Shown here: one piece after another, positions 13,972-25,751 of the stretch | Position numbering within the stretch: the stretch's first letter is position 1 | Layout: each line of letters opens with the position of its first letter | DNA from: Ginglymostoma cirratum | Lineage: Eukaryota | DNA: 64,000 nucleotides | Direction: 5' to 3' | Assembly (NCBI GenBank): GCA_024137785.1 | Contig: JAHRHZ010000061.1 | Span: forward strand, 3,333,890-3,397,889 | Position numbers and translations under genes: made by a program | The notes under the pieces: generated by a model | What the model saw: only the letters and a program-made list of their open reading frames with translations | What the model was told of the DNA's origin: nothing | The model's database searches: none

Positions 13972-14032
13972 GCCCCAGTGGCCTAATGGCCTCCTAAGCC
14001 AGGCCATGTGGGTTCAAGTCCTGTCTGGGATG
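13972..14032 (+). pseudogene. tRNA-Arg(CCT) pseudogene with internal deletion
   Basis: GCCCCAGTGGCCTAATG-GCCTCCTAAGCCAGG..TGTGGGTTCAAGTCC..CTGGG matches vertebrate tRNA-Arg-CCT as recalled, but lacks about 12 nt (GATAAGGCACTG) of the D-arm/anticodon stem. Confidence 0.75.
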
Positions 14033-14045
14033 AAGTGAGCTTTAT

Positions 14046-14388
14046 GGGCAGCACAATGGCTCAGTGGTTTTCACTGCTGCCTCATAGGGCCAGGGACCTG
14101 GGTTCGATTCTACCCTCAGTTGACTGTGTGTGTGGAGTTTGCACATTGCCCCTGTCCTTGTCCCTGTCTCTGTGTCTGTGTGGATTTCCTCCCACAGTCC
14201 AAAGATATACAGGTTAGGTGGATTGGCCATTCTAAAGTGCCCATAGAGACCAGGGATGTGCAGGCAAGGTGGATTAGCCATTGGAAATGTAGGGTTACAG
14301 GGATAGGTAGATGGGTGTGATGGGTGTAGATGGGAGGTTCAGTGGACTGAATAGCCTGCTTCCACACTGTAGAGACTCTATGATTCTA
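14046..14388 (+). mobile_element. HE1-type V-SINE
   Basis: GGCAGCACAATGGCTCAGTGG...GGTTCGATTC head, V-domain and CACACTGTAGAGACTCTATGA tail. Confidence 0.88.
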
Positions 14389-15577
14389 GGTCAGTAAGCA
14401 TCATAATACAGTCAGCAGTTGTTTAGAAATCATCTGTATAGTTTAAGATAGTCACGCAAGTATCATTTTTAAGGGAAGTCTTGGGTTAGGAGCGGATTTC
14501 GAGACAGTTAAGCTTTGAAGATAACATGGGAGTGGAAGTCCTGTTGGAATTAGAGGACTCAGCACCTCTGTAGTAATGTTTGATGTTTAGGTTATTTAAT
14601 ATTAATATTGCATGTAACCATTGTGCTGTGAAAATGTATAAATATGTTGCTTTGAGCTGTAAATAGCAATGGTCTTGGACCTTGGCTCTGAGGCTTCTTC
14701 CACACTGCGTTGGAACAAGATTGAATAAAGAAGCCTCTAAGCTATCTCCTCAGATGACCTCCTCAGGCTTTGTATGAAATCCACATGGGTAGAAAAACCC
14801 TCCAATAGACAACCTGAAAACTATTCTAACGGAAATAGAATCACTCAAATGAATCAAAACTCTCTCCCCTCTCTCAAGAGTTACCATCCCATTTATTTCA
14901 AACAGTCAATAATTCACTTTAAAAGAAAAGTAAGTAATATTATTCAGTAAATTAAGTACTTGTACACGTCACATTCCTTTTGTAATTTCCGGGCTATAGT
15001 GTGTGGTGGATAACCCAAAGCCCAATTTTGAAACTTGCCTGTCCAATGATTAATGACATCAAAGAATAGTTGCAACTGTTGGAATAATTTTCTTATCAAT
15101 CAATTTGATCGATTGTTAGGCTGTGTTTTGACAGTAAAGTCAGTCTTAAGAATGATGTACAATACCTCAGCAAGCTGTAACTGAGGAAAAAAAATTAAAA
15201 TCAGACTTTTAAATCGCATATTTAATAAAAGTAACTTTTTTAAACAAAACTATTAAATCATGTGTTTTAAGTTGTTAAAATGCACAAAATTGCTCAAATC
15301 TCAAGTTTTGTGTAAGTAGTTAATGGTTTCGACAAGAAACTGGATTGTAACGAGATCAGTATTAGGCACATGGATTTAATGCTTTTTGTGGAATGTCTCT
15401 TAATTGTTTAGTGTAAACATTGTACTTAAATTCTTAATTAGCTGAGTAAATAAATATGTCAACACATTAAGTTAAATTTTGTTAGCATATTTAAGGGCCC
15501 GTAATGCCAGTTCCATAATTCCTTCAAACAGGAAACCTTTAATGTGCTATTCATTGTAATAATTTATACTTTCTTAC

Positions 15578-15651
15578 CTGCCGTACGTGAAGGATTGACA
15601 ATGACATAATTTTGACCTCTGGGCAATATGGGCTTTTTGATGTTTACTTTA
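15578..15651 (-). CDS. NXPE3: NXPE3-like copy A, 74-nt internal exon (not in ORF track)
   Basis: ttttcag|T AAA GTA AAC ATC...ACG GCA G|gtaag gives (S)KVNIKKPILPRGQNYVIVNPSRTA(G). Phases 2/1 join the flanking exons in frame. A homologous 74-nt exon lies at 61857-61930. Confidence 0.9.
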
Positions 15652-16119
15652 CTGAAAATAAAATACATTTGTCACTTGTTAAGCCAGTGGATCATTCAAC
15701 TATCGACAAGTAGAGTTCAAAATGCACAATGGTTAAAACCATATACGAGGTGAAATTTCACAGTGGTTCCCATTATCAAATATGGCAGAAAAATTGTGGA
15801 AATAGCACACAAAATGTGTCGACAGCATTTTAGTCAGGCATTTCTGCAGCCTTTCCACCAAAGCTCCAATTGATGAGCAGGAGGATCATCACAAACATTC
15901 ATTCCCGTTTCCTGAGGGTGTGAAAGGAATCACACTCTCATTTTAAGGCAGGCATTTCAGAAATTATGACTCTTTGCATATCTGAAACATATGTGGGTAG
16001 ATTTTTAGATTTTGACTGAGGTTGTAATAGATCAACTGCAAAGTTATAGAAACAATGTGATTCCTTTTTCCATTGAGGTCAATTTGGATGGCTTTACAAT
16101 GATCTACTCATTCATCTAC

Positions 16120-16256
16120 CATAGAATCATAGGATCCCTCTGGTGTGGAAACAGACCAATTGACCCAACAAGTCTACACTGTCCCTCTGAAGAGCATCCC
16201 ACCTAGACCCATCCCCCTACACTTTCCCTATAACCCTGCATTACTGATGGCTAACC
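16120..16256 (-). mobile_element. HE1 SINE 3' fragment
   Basis: Matches the 3' half of the other HE1 copies. Confidence 0.7.
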
Positions 16257-16292
16257 AGTAAGTAGCTGAGTCACAGAAACCAGAAATATCAA

Positions 16293-17955
16293 TGAAATAA
16301 CTACACAGAGGCCGATATCCCATCACCACGTCACCTTCTATTTACACATGCACACTACATGGACTCTGACCAGTTAGTTCAAAGCCAATCCCTAGAGTGA
16401 GGAGAATTCCTGAGACTGTTGTTTATATCTGTCAACCAGGACTCCCTGACTGGGGTTTTTAACCTGGGCCAATCAGGAAACTCATACTCAACAGGGTCTA
16501 CCTGACCAGCTTCGTTCCAATCACTACATAACAAATAGCCCCCCACCAAGTCCAGGGGTGTAGGCTCATTTATTTTTTGTAGCTTCTCCTGGGACATTTT
16601 CACCCCATGACTGGTTCCTCTGACTCAGACAGCATGAACAGGTCCGTAGCCCCTTTCTTGCACCTGGAGAGTCTCGAAAGAAATTCTTCCTCTTTTTCAG
16701 GTGGTAATAGTATTGAGGTTGCATCCATCTCTGACTCTAAAGTTTCTTCGACACAAGACAGAGGGGGAGAACCCATGGTTTCTGAAAGTCTTTCTGGCTG
16801 TTCTGAGGGGCTGGGTATGTTTTGCTCCTGCTCTGTTTGCATGATCACAGCTTTCATGTGATCCACAGGTTTCTTCACGACCGCTTCACCCACCCAAACT
16901 TTGTATGTCATGGGACATGACCTCACGTTGACCTTCTGGTTCCCCATCACCACCTGCTGTTTTAGTTTTGCCAGGATGGGATCTTTTTTGTGTCCACAGT
17001 CGAATATTGTCAGCAGTGACCAGAAGGGTGTCCAGAAAGTTTAAAACCAGAATGGACTCTTCTAGGGGAGGCACCACCGGTGCTGTATCTGCCACTGGGA
17101 AGCAGCTCAAGACATCTGCATTTGGCACTTGGCCTCCTCTATGGTGTTCCAACTGGCCGCATTTTCTAACGCCAAAGCCAGTTGTAGTGCCTGTTTGAAG
17201 TCCAGTTGGGCTTCAGTTAGCAGGCACTTTTGCATGGTTATGTCATTAATCCCACATACCAAATAGTCTCTCAGCATCTCACTCAGGACTAACCCAAAAT
17301 CACATGCCAGTCATCTTCACTTTGTCAAAAATCTTGACATGGATTACCCCGGTTCTCGATCAGCTGAATAAAACCAATAGCGTCTCACAATTAGAGGGTG
17401 CTTGGGTTGTAACGTTCCTTAACTAAATCTGTTAACTCTTGACAGGTTTAGTATCAGGAAAAGTTAGGCTCCTAACAACCGAAAATGCAGGAGGTCCACA
17501 AGCAGTCAGAAGAATTGCTCTTTGCTTTTCATCTGCACCAATGAGACTTGTCCAGAAAAAAAACATTCTTTCCACATACTGGGCCCAGTTTTCGACAGCA
17601 GCATCGAATGAGTCAAGGTGCCCAAGTAAAGGTGTCATGCCAGAAATGTTTATTCCAACTCAAAGATGAGTTTGTGAGCAAATTTTCTTCAGGGGCATAC
17701 TATTTTCTCTCATCACCACTGAATTAACTCCATGGAGGCTGGTATGCTGTCACCAAATTACCATCTATTTACACACACACAGTACATGCACTTTAACGTG
17801 CTATCTCAGAGTCAGTCCCTCGAGTGAGGAGAATCCTTGAGTTTCCTGTTTGTACCTATCAGCCAGGAGTCCCCGACTGGCCCAGGTTAACAGCCCCAAT
17901 CAGGGAACTCATACGTAACAAGATCCACCTGGTCAGCCTCGTACTAATCACTACA
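16293..17955 (-). mobile_element. Internally deleted Gypsy LTR retrotransposon with two 236-bp LTRs
   Basis: LTRs 17720-17955 and 16293-16528 (TG...CA on minus), 5-bp TSD ATCAA at 16288-16292 and 17956-17960, PBS TGGTGATGAG, gag remnant (PLLGHLDSFDAAVENWAQYVER) and RNase H-end remnant (NADVLS). Confidence 0.9.
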
Positions 17956-18289
17956 ATCAAGTTTGGAGTTCTATCAATGCTCAATTAACGGAGTTCAGTG
18001 AAGCCAGTGAACTGTGCTGGCAGTATACATATTCAGATATTGACAGAAGTGCAGATCAGCCTCAGTTGTACTATTCCAGAAAGCCAATAGGTTTCCAATG
18101 AGTACCATTATATCTGAATAGTGACCAGACTGGTAAGTTGGACCAAATCTATCCATATATGAGAGAGACCAGCATCTACAGAATTGTGATTCAGGAAACA
18201 TGTTCTGTGATTGATTCTTTTACCAAACAAAATGTTTTTTTAGTCGGGTCAATTTGTACAGTAATCTCCAGTGCATGTCATTGCAAGAG

Positions 18290-19340
18290 TTTTTTTTTTA
18301 CTTGCTGGACATGGGTGTTGCTGTCTTGGTCAGCATTTATTGTCCATCATAAGTTGCTTTTGAGTAGGTGGTGGTGAGCTGCAGTCCACCTGCTGTAGGT
18401 AGGCCCACCATGCCATTAGGGAGGGATTTTCAGGATTTTGACCGAATGACACTAAAGGACAAGTGATTTATTTCCAAATCAGGATCGTGGATGGTATGGA
18501 GGGGTACTTTCGGGTGGTGATGCCTATCAAGCTGGTTGCATCATTCTGGATAGTGTCACTTTTCTTGATTGTAGACTGGAGTTGCACTCATCCAGGCAAG
18601 TGGTGAGCATTCTATCACACTCCTGACTAGTGCTTTCCAGATGGTGGAGATGCTTTGCAGACTCAGGAGGTGAGTTACTCACTTCTTTATTCCTAACCTC
18701 TGACTTTCCCTTGTGGAAAATGTACTTATAAGATTAGTCCAGTTGAGTTTCTAGTTAGTTGTAACTCCCAGGATGTTGAAAGTGGGGGATTCAGTGATGA
18801 TAACACCATTGAAAGTCAACACTCAGCTGTTAGATTGTTTCTGATTGGAGATGGTCATCGCCCTTTGGAATTAGATTGCAAATTGTCCAAAGCTTGGTGC
18901 ATCTGAACATGGACTGCTGCAATAATGGAGGAGTCGCGATTGGTGCTGAACATTGTGCAACCATCAGTGAACATCCCCACTTCTGATCTTATGATGGAGG
19001 GAAGGTGTTTGATGAAGCATCTGAAGATGGTTAGGCTGAGGAGACTACCCTGAGGAACTTCTGCAGCAATACCCTGCAATTGAGATAACTGATCGCCAAC
19101 AAACATGACCATCTTCCTATGCGTTAGGTATGACTCCAACCAGTGGAGAATTTCTTCAATTCCCATTGCTGGAGCTCCTTGATGCCACAGTTGGTCAAAT
19201 GTGGCCTAAATGTCAAGGGCTGTCACTCTTACCTCTACTGTGGAATTAAACTCATCTGTCCATGTTTGAACTAAAGCTGTAATGAGATCAGGAACTGAGT
19301 GGCCCTGGCGAGACTCAGCTGGGCGTCACTGAGCAGTTCA
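18290..19340 (-). mobile_element. LINE RT fragment (CR1/L2-like)
   Basis: ORF 18855-19166 (WLESYLTHRKMVMFVG...VPQGSLLSLTIF...MFTDGCT) is a non-LTR RT. Confidence 0.8.
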
Positions 19341-19344
19341 ACAA

Positions 19345-19527
19345 CAAAAACAAAAACAGAATTTGGTGGAAAAGCTCAGCAGGTCTGGCAGCATCTGTGA
19401 AGAAAAAAACAGAATTAACAGTTCGTGTCTGGTGACCCTTCCTCAGAANNNNNNNNNNGTCTGGCAGCATCTGTGAAGGAAAAAAACAGAGTTAATGTTT
19501 CGGGTCCAATGACCCTTCCTCAGAACT
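19345..19527 (-). mobile_element. Penelope-end short element with hammerhead motif, apparently duplicated across a 10-N gap
   Basis: Two overlapping copies of GTCTGGCAGCATCTGTGAAG...GACCCTTCCTCAGAA either side of N(19449-19458). Confidence 0.65.
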
Positions 19528-19534
19528 GTTTGTC

Positions 19535-19853
19535 ATTGAATCCCTACCGTGGGAAAGCAGGCCATTCAGCCAACTGATCTACACCAACCTTCTGGAAAGA
19601 ATCTCACTCAGATCCACACCCCCTACCCCTCTCCCTGAAACCTTGCATTTCTCATGGCTAATCCAACTACCCTACACATCCCTGAACAGTTTAGCATGAC
19701 CAATCCATATAGCATGCATATCTTTGGATTGTGCGAGGAAACCGAGACACAGGGAGAATATGTAAACTCCACACAGACGTCACCTGACAGTGGAATAGGA
19801 CCTGTGTTCCTGGTATTGCAAGGCAGAGTGCTAACCACTGAGCCACATGCTGC
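19535..19853 (-). mobile_element. HE1-type V-SINE
   Basis: GGCAGCATGTGGCTCAGTGGTTAGCACT head on the minus strand, with V-domain and tail. Confidence 0.8.
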
Positions 19854-21696
19854 CTCAAGTATATGTTTCAAACCTCTGGGCATCCGTATCAAGATATCAA
19901 CAGGTAGTTGGGGAAAGAATGATATCAAAAAATAAATTCCCATTTAAATCTTAAATAACATTCCTGGAAAAGAGTACAATACTGGACACACAATGCATAG
20001 AATTTTTAAGGCTGTTTGCACTTTAGACCTTTTGTGTTGGCCAACCTATCATATTTATGCAGCACCAAAGGAAATACAAATGTCGATGTCTGCACATGAT
20101 GGCATGGATTTTGCTGACCTCAAAAACTACCTCGTTATGAGATTTACTTCCATTGACTTCCATGACAAGAAAATAGACCCTCTTGAAATACAATTCATTG
20201 TCGTGCCACTTTATGGGAATTTGCGGGTGAAGCTGTAGTGACGTCACTAAGTAACCAATCACAATTTGAAAAATCTTCACAGACAGGAAAACAGGAAATG
20301 AAAAGCATTAAAATCAATCACTTTACAAAAATTTTATACAAAGTGAAACAAATTTTGGGACATGGACAGGAATTAAGGTAAAAGCTGAATTATCAACAAA
20401 TGTTTTAAAAATATCTTCAAGAATTTTGCTTAAAAATCAAATAACTGGTTGTAAATCTGCCATTTGCCACCATTCTGCTAATATAGATTAGTTTCTCATG
20501 GCCTGATTGGTCATTCAGCAATAGTTACTACTCACACCACCATTATATATCCAGTTGCACCTCTTGAACAAGGCATAACTTTTTTCTAGTGTTTTCAACA
20601 GCAATATAAAGTAGAAAATAGGTTTTTTGGCACCAGTTCAGCATGAGAATCCCTACAAATTCTGGGTGCAGCAATAATGGTCAGAGGCCATTGAGAGAAG
20701 TACGAGACACAGCTACTGAAAAGATTGAAACCAGCAGCAGATACTCTACTCTCTTTATCTGTAAGACCCCTGGAAAGATCAGAAAAAGTTGAGAAAGGCA
20801 ACTAAGGGAGACCTGTTAGAGGTAAAGAAGGAAATGGGAAGATGCTGAGAACAGAGGCTCAGAAATAAAGGACTAAAGTTACTCCATTAATCAACTTAGG
20901 AGGAAGGTGCAAACCTATCCAGGTCCATGCTATTTCAAGGGTAGATGCTGAAACAAAACAAAATAAATGGGATTGGATGTGTATTCTACTCAAAGCAACT
21001 AATTGGTACTCTTAATATTTAATGGTCAAGTTTTGCCAGAAAAGAAATCAAGGAAGGTCTGATTGCTCCCTCACTGAGAGGCCAAAATCAGACATCACGT
21101 TCCAAATAAGATACATCGTTATCAGAAAGGCAATATCACATCAATCCTAAAGCTCAGTATTCTCTCCGAACAGAAATTGATGAATAAAATGACTTCTCAT
21201 GTTAAAATTATTTAATTTTAAATGCCTTTATCTGTAGTTAATGGAATGGTAACTGCCTCATAATGGAGTCAATATCTTTCCAGGCCTGTTAACACCAGCT
21301 ATGTGTTACCAGGCACATTTACAAGGGGTTTATTGCAGGGTAATTTTAAGCTCCTTTTAATAAATGTTTGAGAGTTTCGCACTTTTGTTCCTTTATCCAT
21401 GTTTTTCTGGTCAATCATTTCTCTTTTTTTGTCATTTGGGACTACGTTTCTGCATAATGGTGCCAACCTTCTGGTTGATTATTTACACTTCTTTTGTGTA
21501 TGCATTTTTTTCAATCCTTTTTGGTTCATGATTGCCTATTGTTCATCCCTGGAAAGGCATGTTATTTGCTCAATCTAGGGGCATGGCAAACTGGGGTTGG
21601 TCATTGCTCCTCACAATTATTCTGGCAAAAAATCAAGTATGCGCAGAATTGTACATATGGGGACTCTGAATTACAGCACGGTTCCAGTTTTATACA

Positions 21697-21804
21697 AAAA
21701 AACAGAAGTTGCTGGAAAAGCTCAGCAGGTCTGGCAGCATCTGTGAAGAAAAAAAGAAATCAGAATTAACGTTTCAGGTGCAGTGACCCTTCCTCAGAAC
21801 TGCC
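21697..21804 (-). mobile_element. Short Penelope-end insert with hammerhead core
   Basis: 14-bp TSD TCCAGTTTTATACA at 21683-21696 and 21805-21818. Minus strand reads CTGAGGAAGGGTCACTGCACCTGAAACGTT. Confidence 0.8.
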
Positions 21805-22024
21805 TCCAGTTTTATACACATATGCTGTGGGTGGCTTCCTGGTGCCCATGCAGCTGCCCTGCAGCACCATGTGCCAGCCAATACTCTCCTTTAGAACTGG
21901 AAATTGCAAATATTATGACATAAATAAAAACCCCCGAACTGGGCAACGATTGCAAAGAACTTTCACGTCTTACGTGAGGAAAGCAGAAAGCAAACTGTAA
22001 ATAAGAAACTGTTCAGTGACCTAC

Positions 22025-22809
22025 CTTTGGAAGTAATGTTTTTCTTCTCCTATTAAAAGATTCTGCTGATATCCTCCCATTGCGTGGGTGACACGAGCAG
22101 AGCACCGAAGTTCTTTAGGTTTGTAACAGAACCAGGGTTCCCCTGTCCTGGGATCGGTAAAGTTACAGAGTGGTTGAGATTGAGACAAACAAAGATTACA
22201 CACAGTGGTCTCAGAGACAGCTCCTGATTTGAAGGTGCTTTTAAAATACACTCTCTCTGGCCTTTCCTCACGTAGTCTTTTAAGCGCTTGGATCCCTTCA
22301 CTGGGATGAACCAAACAAACAAAAACTTCAACTTTCCCCGGCCAAGATAAATTAAAATTGATACGATAAATTCCATTTTCATTGTCTATAACCGTTCCTG
22401 CTGAACCAGCTTTTAAAGCTGGGGTGTGGATCCGAGCTTGGAGATAGTCACCCCCGTATCGCTTTGGGTGACCTTCAAAATCAAACATCTGCAGCATCAC
22501 TTGTAACTGATCTCCCACATAGAAAGTCTTTGCAGAATTTAAAATTACAAAGCGAACACGGGCTGGGTTAGTGCTTTTCCGAAAGGGCACAGCGGAGCTG
22601 GTTGGTTTTGGCCATTCGATCATTTTCATAAGGAACGTTCCCTCTGACCTTTCTTCAGGGGTGAAGCTGTGATTCTGGTAGCCACATTGCACCAGCCTGT
22701 TGGTCCAAGGTGTCTGCTGTTCCTCAGTTTGTTCCTTTATTGACTTTGATGCTGAAGCTGGGTAGCTTTTGTTGTTTTGCTCGGATCTAGATGCTGAATA
22801 TTTCTTATG
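22025..22809 (-). CDS. NXPE3: NXPE3-like copy A, large exon (neurexophilin/Ig-like region)
   Basis: Acceptor ttcttag|CAT at 22810-22811 (phase 0) and donor CAA AG|gtag at 22024. Open frame includes VGDQLQVMLQMFDFEGHPKRYGGDYLQARIH, VHPSEG and PWFCYKPK, typical NXPE motifs. Confidence 0.93.
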
Positions 22810-23574
22810 CTAAGAATAGGAATGAACTTTTTTTTAATAAATATTTTCTATATCCTGCTTCCATATGGCATTTTCCAATGTAAATCCTCCTCTTGTTAAG
22901 AGAAAAAACAAGAAAGCAAAAAACAGTGGTTTACACCTTAGATGTTTTCTGGAGTTTTGACACAGAGTGTGACATGCTTTTAATTACGGGAAGACTGCTG
23001 TTTTCTGGTACTGTGGTTATGAATGAGAGTCTGGCCTGGCAAGAGTCATATCAATAATCTGAGCAGGGACTGTGGAATTCTTGGGATGGGGTGGTGTGGG
23101 GAATGATGTAATCCAAAACATGTTACAGCAAGCTGATGTCTTTGGAGAGACAGGAGATGGGTTACTTGACACAGAATTCTAAGCTCCAGAACCACCCCTT
23201 GTAGCCACAGTATTTATATACAAATTACAACAAAGATGAGAAGGCTTGAGCACTTGTAATCTTCCTTACGCTAGTCTCATAGTATGCCCAAGAATCCATA
23301 GTGAAGGATGAATCACTAAAATCTCTCACTAAAATGTCTTAGGTAACAGAATGTGGTATATTACATTCCAGTAACTAAGTACAGGTTACACTAACTCTTA
23401 GGCACATTAATATTAAAGCAAGAAGTAGGTAAGAATTATGTACCTCCACAAGGAGACTAGGCAAGTCTCCAACTGCTGTCCGTCTAAGCTGCTAAAATTG
23501 CCCAAACTGTCTGATGCTACACCAATGGCTGTAATAAGTATGAGATTGGGTGGAACATCAGCTTAACTTGGATT

Positions 23575-24310
23575 GACCTTTTCATATTCATTAATTTATG
23601 CAACAACCCAGTTCAGTTTCTGGTCAGTGGTAATCCCAAAGGAGGTTTACAGTGGAGACGTCAACAATAGTTAATGCCTTTGATTGTCAAAGGGTGATGT
23701 TTTGATTCACTTTTTGTTGAGATGGCCATTGTCTGCCAGTTGACACTCATCAGGCCATGTCTGGATGTTGTCTAGATCTTGCTACATATGAACACAGACC
23801 GCTTCAATATCTGAGGAGTTGCAGATGGTGCTGAACATTGTGCAATCATTAGTGAACATCCCCATTTCTGACCTTAGGATGGAGGAGAGGTCATTGATGA
23901 AGAAGCTGTACATGATTGGGTCTAGGACGCTACCCTTAAGAACTTCTGCAACAAGTGAAGTTATTGACCTCCAATAAAAACCATTTTCCATTTTGCAAGA
24001 TATGACTCCATTTACTTTGGCTCTTTAGACAACACCTTTGAAACCTGTAGCCTATAATACCTAAAAGGGCAAGGGCAGCAGATATATGGTAACACCACCA
24101 CCTGCAAGTTCTCCTCCAAACCAGATACATTCTGACTAGGAATTATATCATTGTTCCTTCACTATTGCTGGGTTTAAATCATCTAACTCCCTCCCTAATG
24201 GCATTGTTGGTGGATTGCAGCTGTTCAAGAGTGCAACTAATCAACATCTTCTCATGGGCAACAGTGAATGGACAATAAATACTTGGCAAAACCGGCAACA
24301 CACAGATCTC
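23575..24310. mobile_element. LINE fragments (RT on minus, 3' tail on plus)
   Basis: ORF 23782-23991 (VLKGSVLDPIMYSFFINDL...MFTNDCT). 24040-24310 matches the tail at 2860-3150. Confidence 0.7.
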
Positions 24311-24377
24311 TAGCACCAGGCTGAAAACTAAAGTATACAAGGCAAGCACTGAGCTGTCCAGAAAAGATCAGCATTTT

Positions 24378-25675
24378 GAGAATTTAGGATTGATTGGGGA
24401 TGGTCAGCATGGTTTTGTGTGAAGGAAATTGTGTCTCTCAAACTTGATCAAGGCTTTTTAAGAAAGTAACCAAGAAGACTGATGAGGGCAGAACGATAGA
24501 CATTGTTTATTTGGACTTTAGTAAAGCCTTCAACAAGATTCCACATGGTAGGCTAATTAGTTAAGTTAGATCACATGGGATTCAGGGTGAGATTGTCAAT
24601 TGGATATGAAATTGGCTTGATGGTAGGAGAGAGTGATGGTGGAGGATTGTTTTTCAGACTGGAAGCCTGTGACCAGCAGTGTTCCACAGGTATCCACTTT
24701 TGTTTGTCATTTATATAAATGATTTGGATGACAACATAGAAAGCATGGTTAATACGTTTGCAAATGACACCAAGTATGGTGTCATAGTGGACAGTGAAGA
24801 AGTTTATCTAAACCTTACAAGGAGAACTTTAACAATTGGGTCAATGGGGTGAACAGTGGCAAAGGGAATTTAATTTGGATAAATGCAAGGCATTGCATTT
24901 TGGTAAAACAAACAAAGACAAGATTTATACAATTAAAAGTAGGGCCTTGAGCAATGTTGTAGAACAGAGAGACCTAGGGGTTCAGGTACATAATTCTTTG
25001 AAGTTTGCATCACATATAGATAAGGTGCTTAAGAAGGCATTTAGCATGATGGCCTTCATTGCTCAGACCTTTGAGTATTAGAGTTAGGATGTAATGTTGA
25101 GGTTGTACAGGACATTGGTGAGGCTTCTTCTGGGGTACTGTATCCAGTTCTGATCTCTCTGCTAAAGGAAGGATATTATCAAGCTGTAGAGGCTTCAGAA
25201 GAGACTTAACAGGATGTTGCCAGGAATGGAGAGTTTGAGTTATAAAGAAAGGTTAGATAGGCTGGGACCTTTTTCACTGGAGCATAAGAGTTTGACCTTG
25301 TAGTAGTTTATGAAATAGTGAGGGGTATAGATAATGTAAATGGCAAACGTCTTTTCCTTAGGGTGGGGGATTTCAAGACAGGAAGTATATTTTTAAGGTG
25401 AGAGGAGAAAGATTTTCAGAACACATAAGGGTCATTTTTTTTTTACTCAGAGAGTGGTTCATGCGTGAAATGAACTTCCAAAGGAAGTGGTGGGTGTGGT
25501 TACGGTTACAACATTTTAAAAATGTTTAGATCGGTACATGAATAAGAAATGTTTGGAAGGATATAGGCCAAGTGCAGGTAGGTGGGACTAGTTCAGTTTG
25601 GGTTTGTGGTCAGCATGGACTGGTTGGACAGAAGGGTCTGTATCCATGCTGTGTTGCTCTATGGCCCTATGACTC
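24378..25675 (+). mobile_element. CR1 LINE, 5'-truncated with 3' tail
   Basis: SQHGF and DFSKAFNKIPH motifs, ORF 24836-25081 (WQREFNLDKCKALHFG...EQRDLGVQVH), tail CTATGACT. Confidence 0.9.
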
Positions 25676-25751
25676 AATGGATTTGAAGATCTCTAATCAC
25701 AGCTAACTATGCATTCTCTAATGAGTGGTCAAAATAATCCACTTCCTACCA

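Noticed and set aside
15166-15180. 15-nt candidate microexon with strong acceptor (tttttttttcctcag) and GAG|gtattg donor in copy A
   Set aside because: In the required phase it reads V-T-A-C-stop. It could only be a poison exon, and there is no independent support.
19380-19527. Apparent tandem (dimeric) hammerhead unit
   Set aside because: The two copies flank a 10-N gap and may be overlapping contig ends or haplotypes, so a true dimer cannot be claimed.
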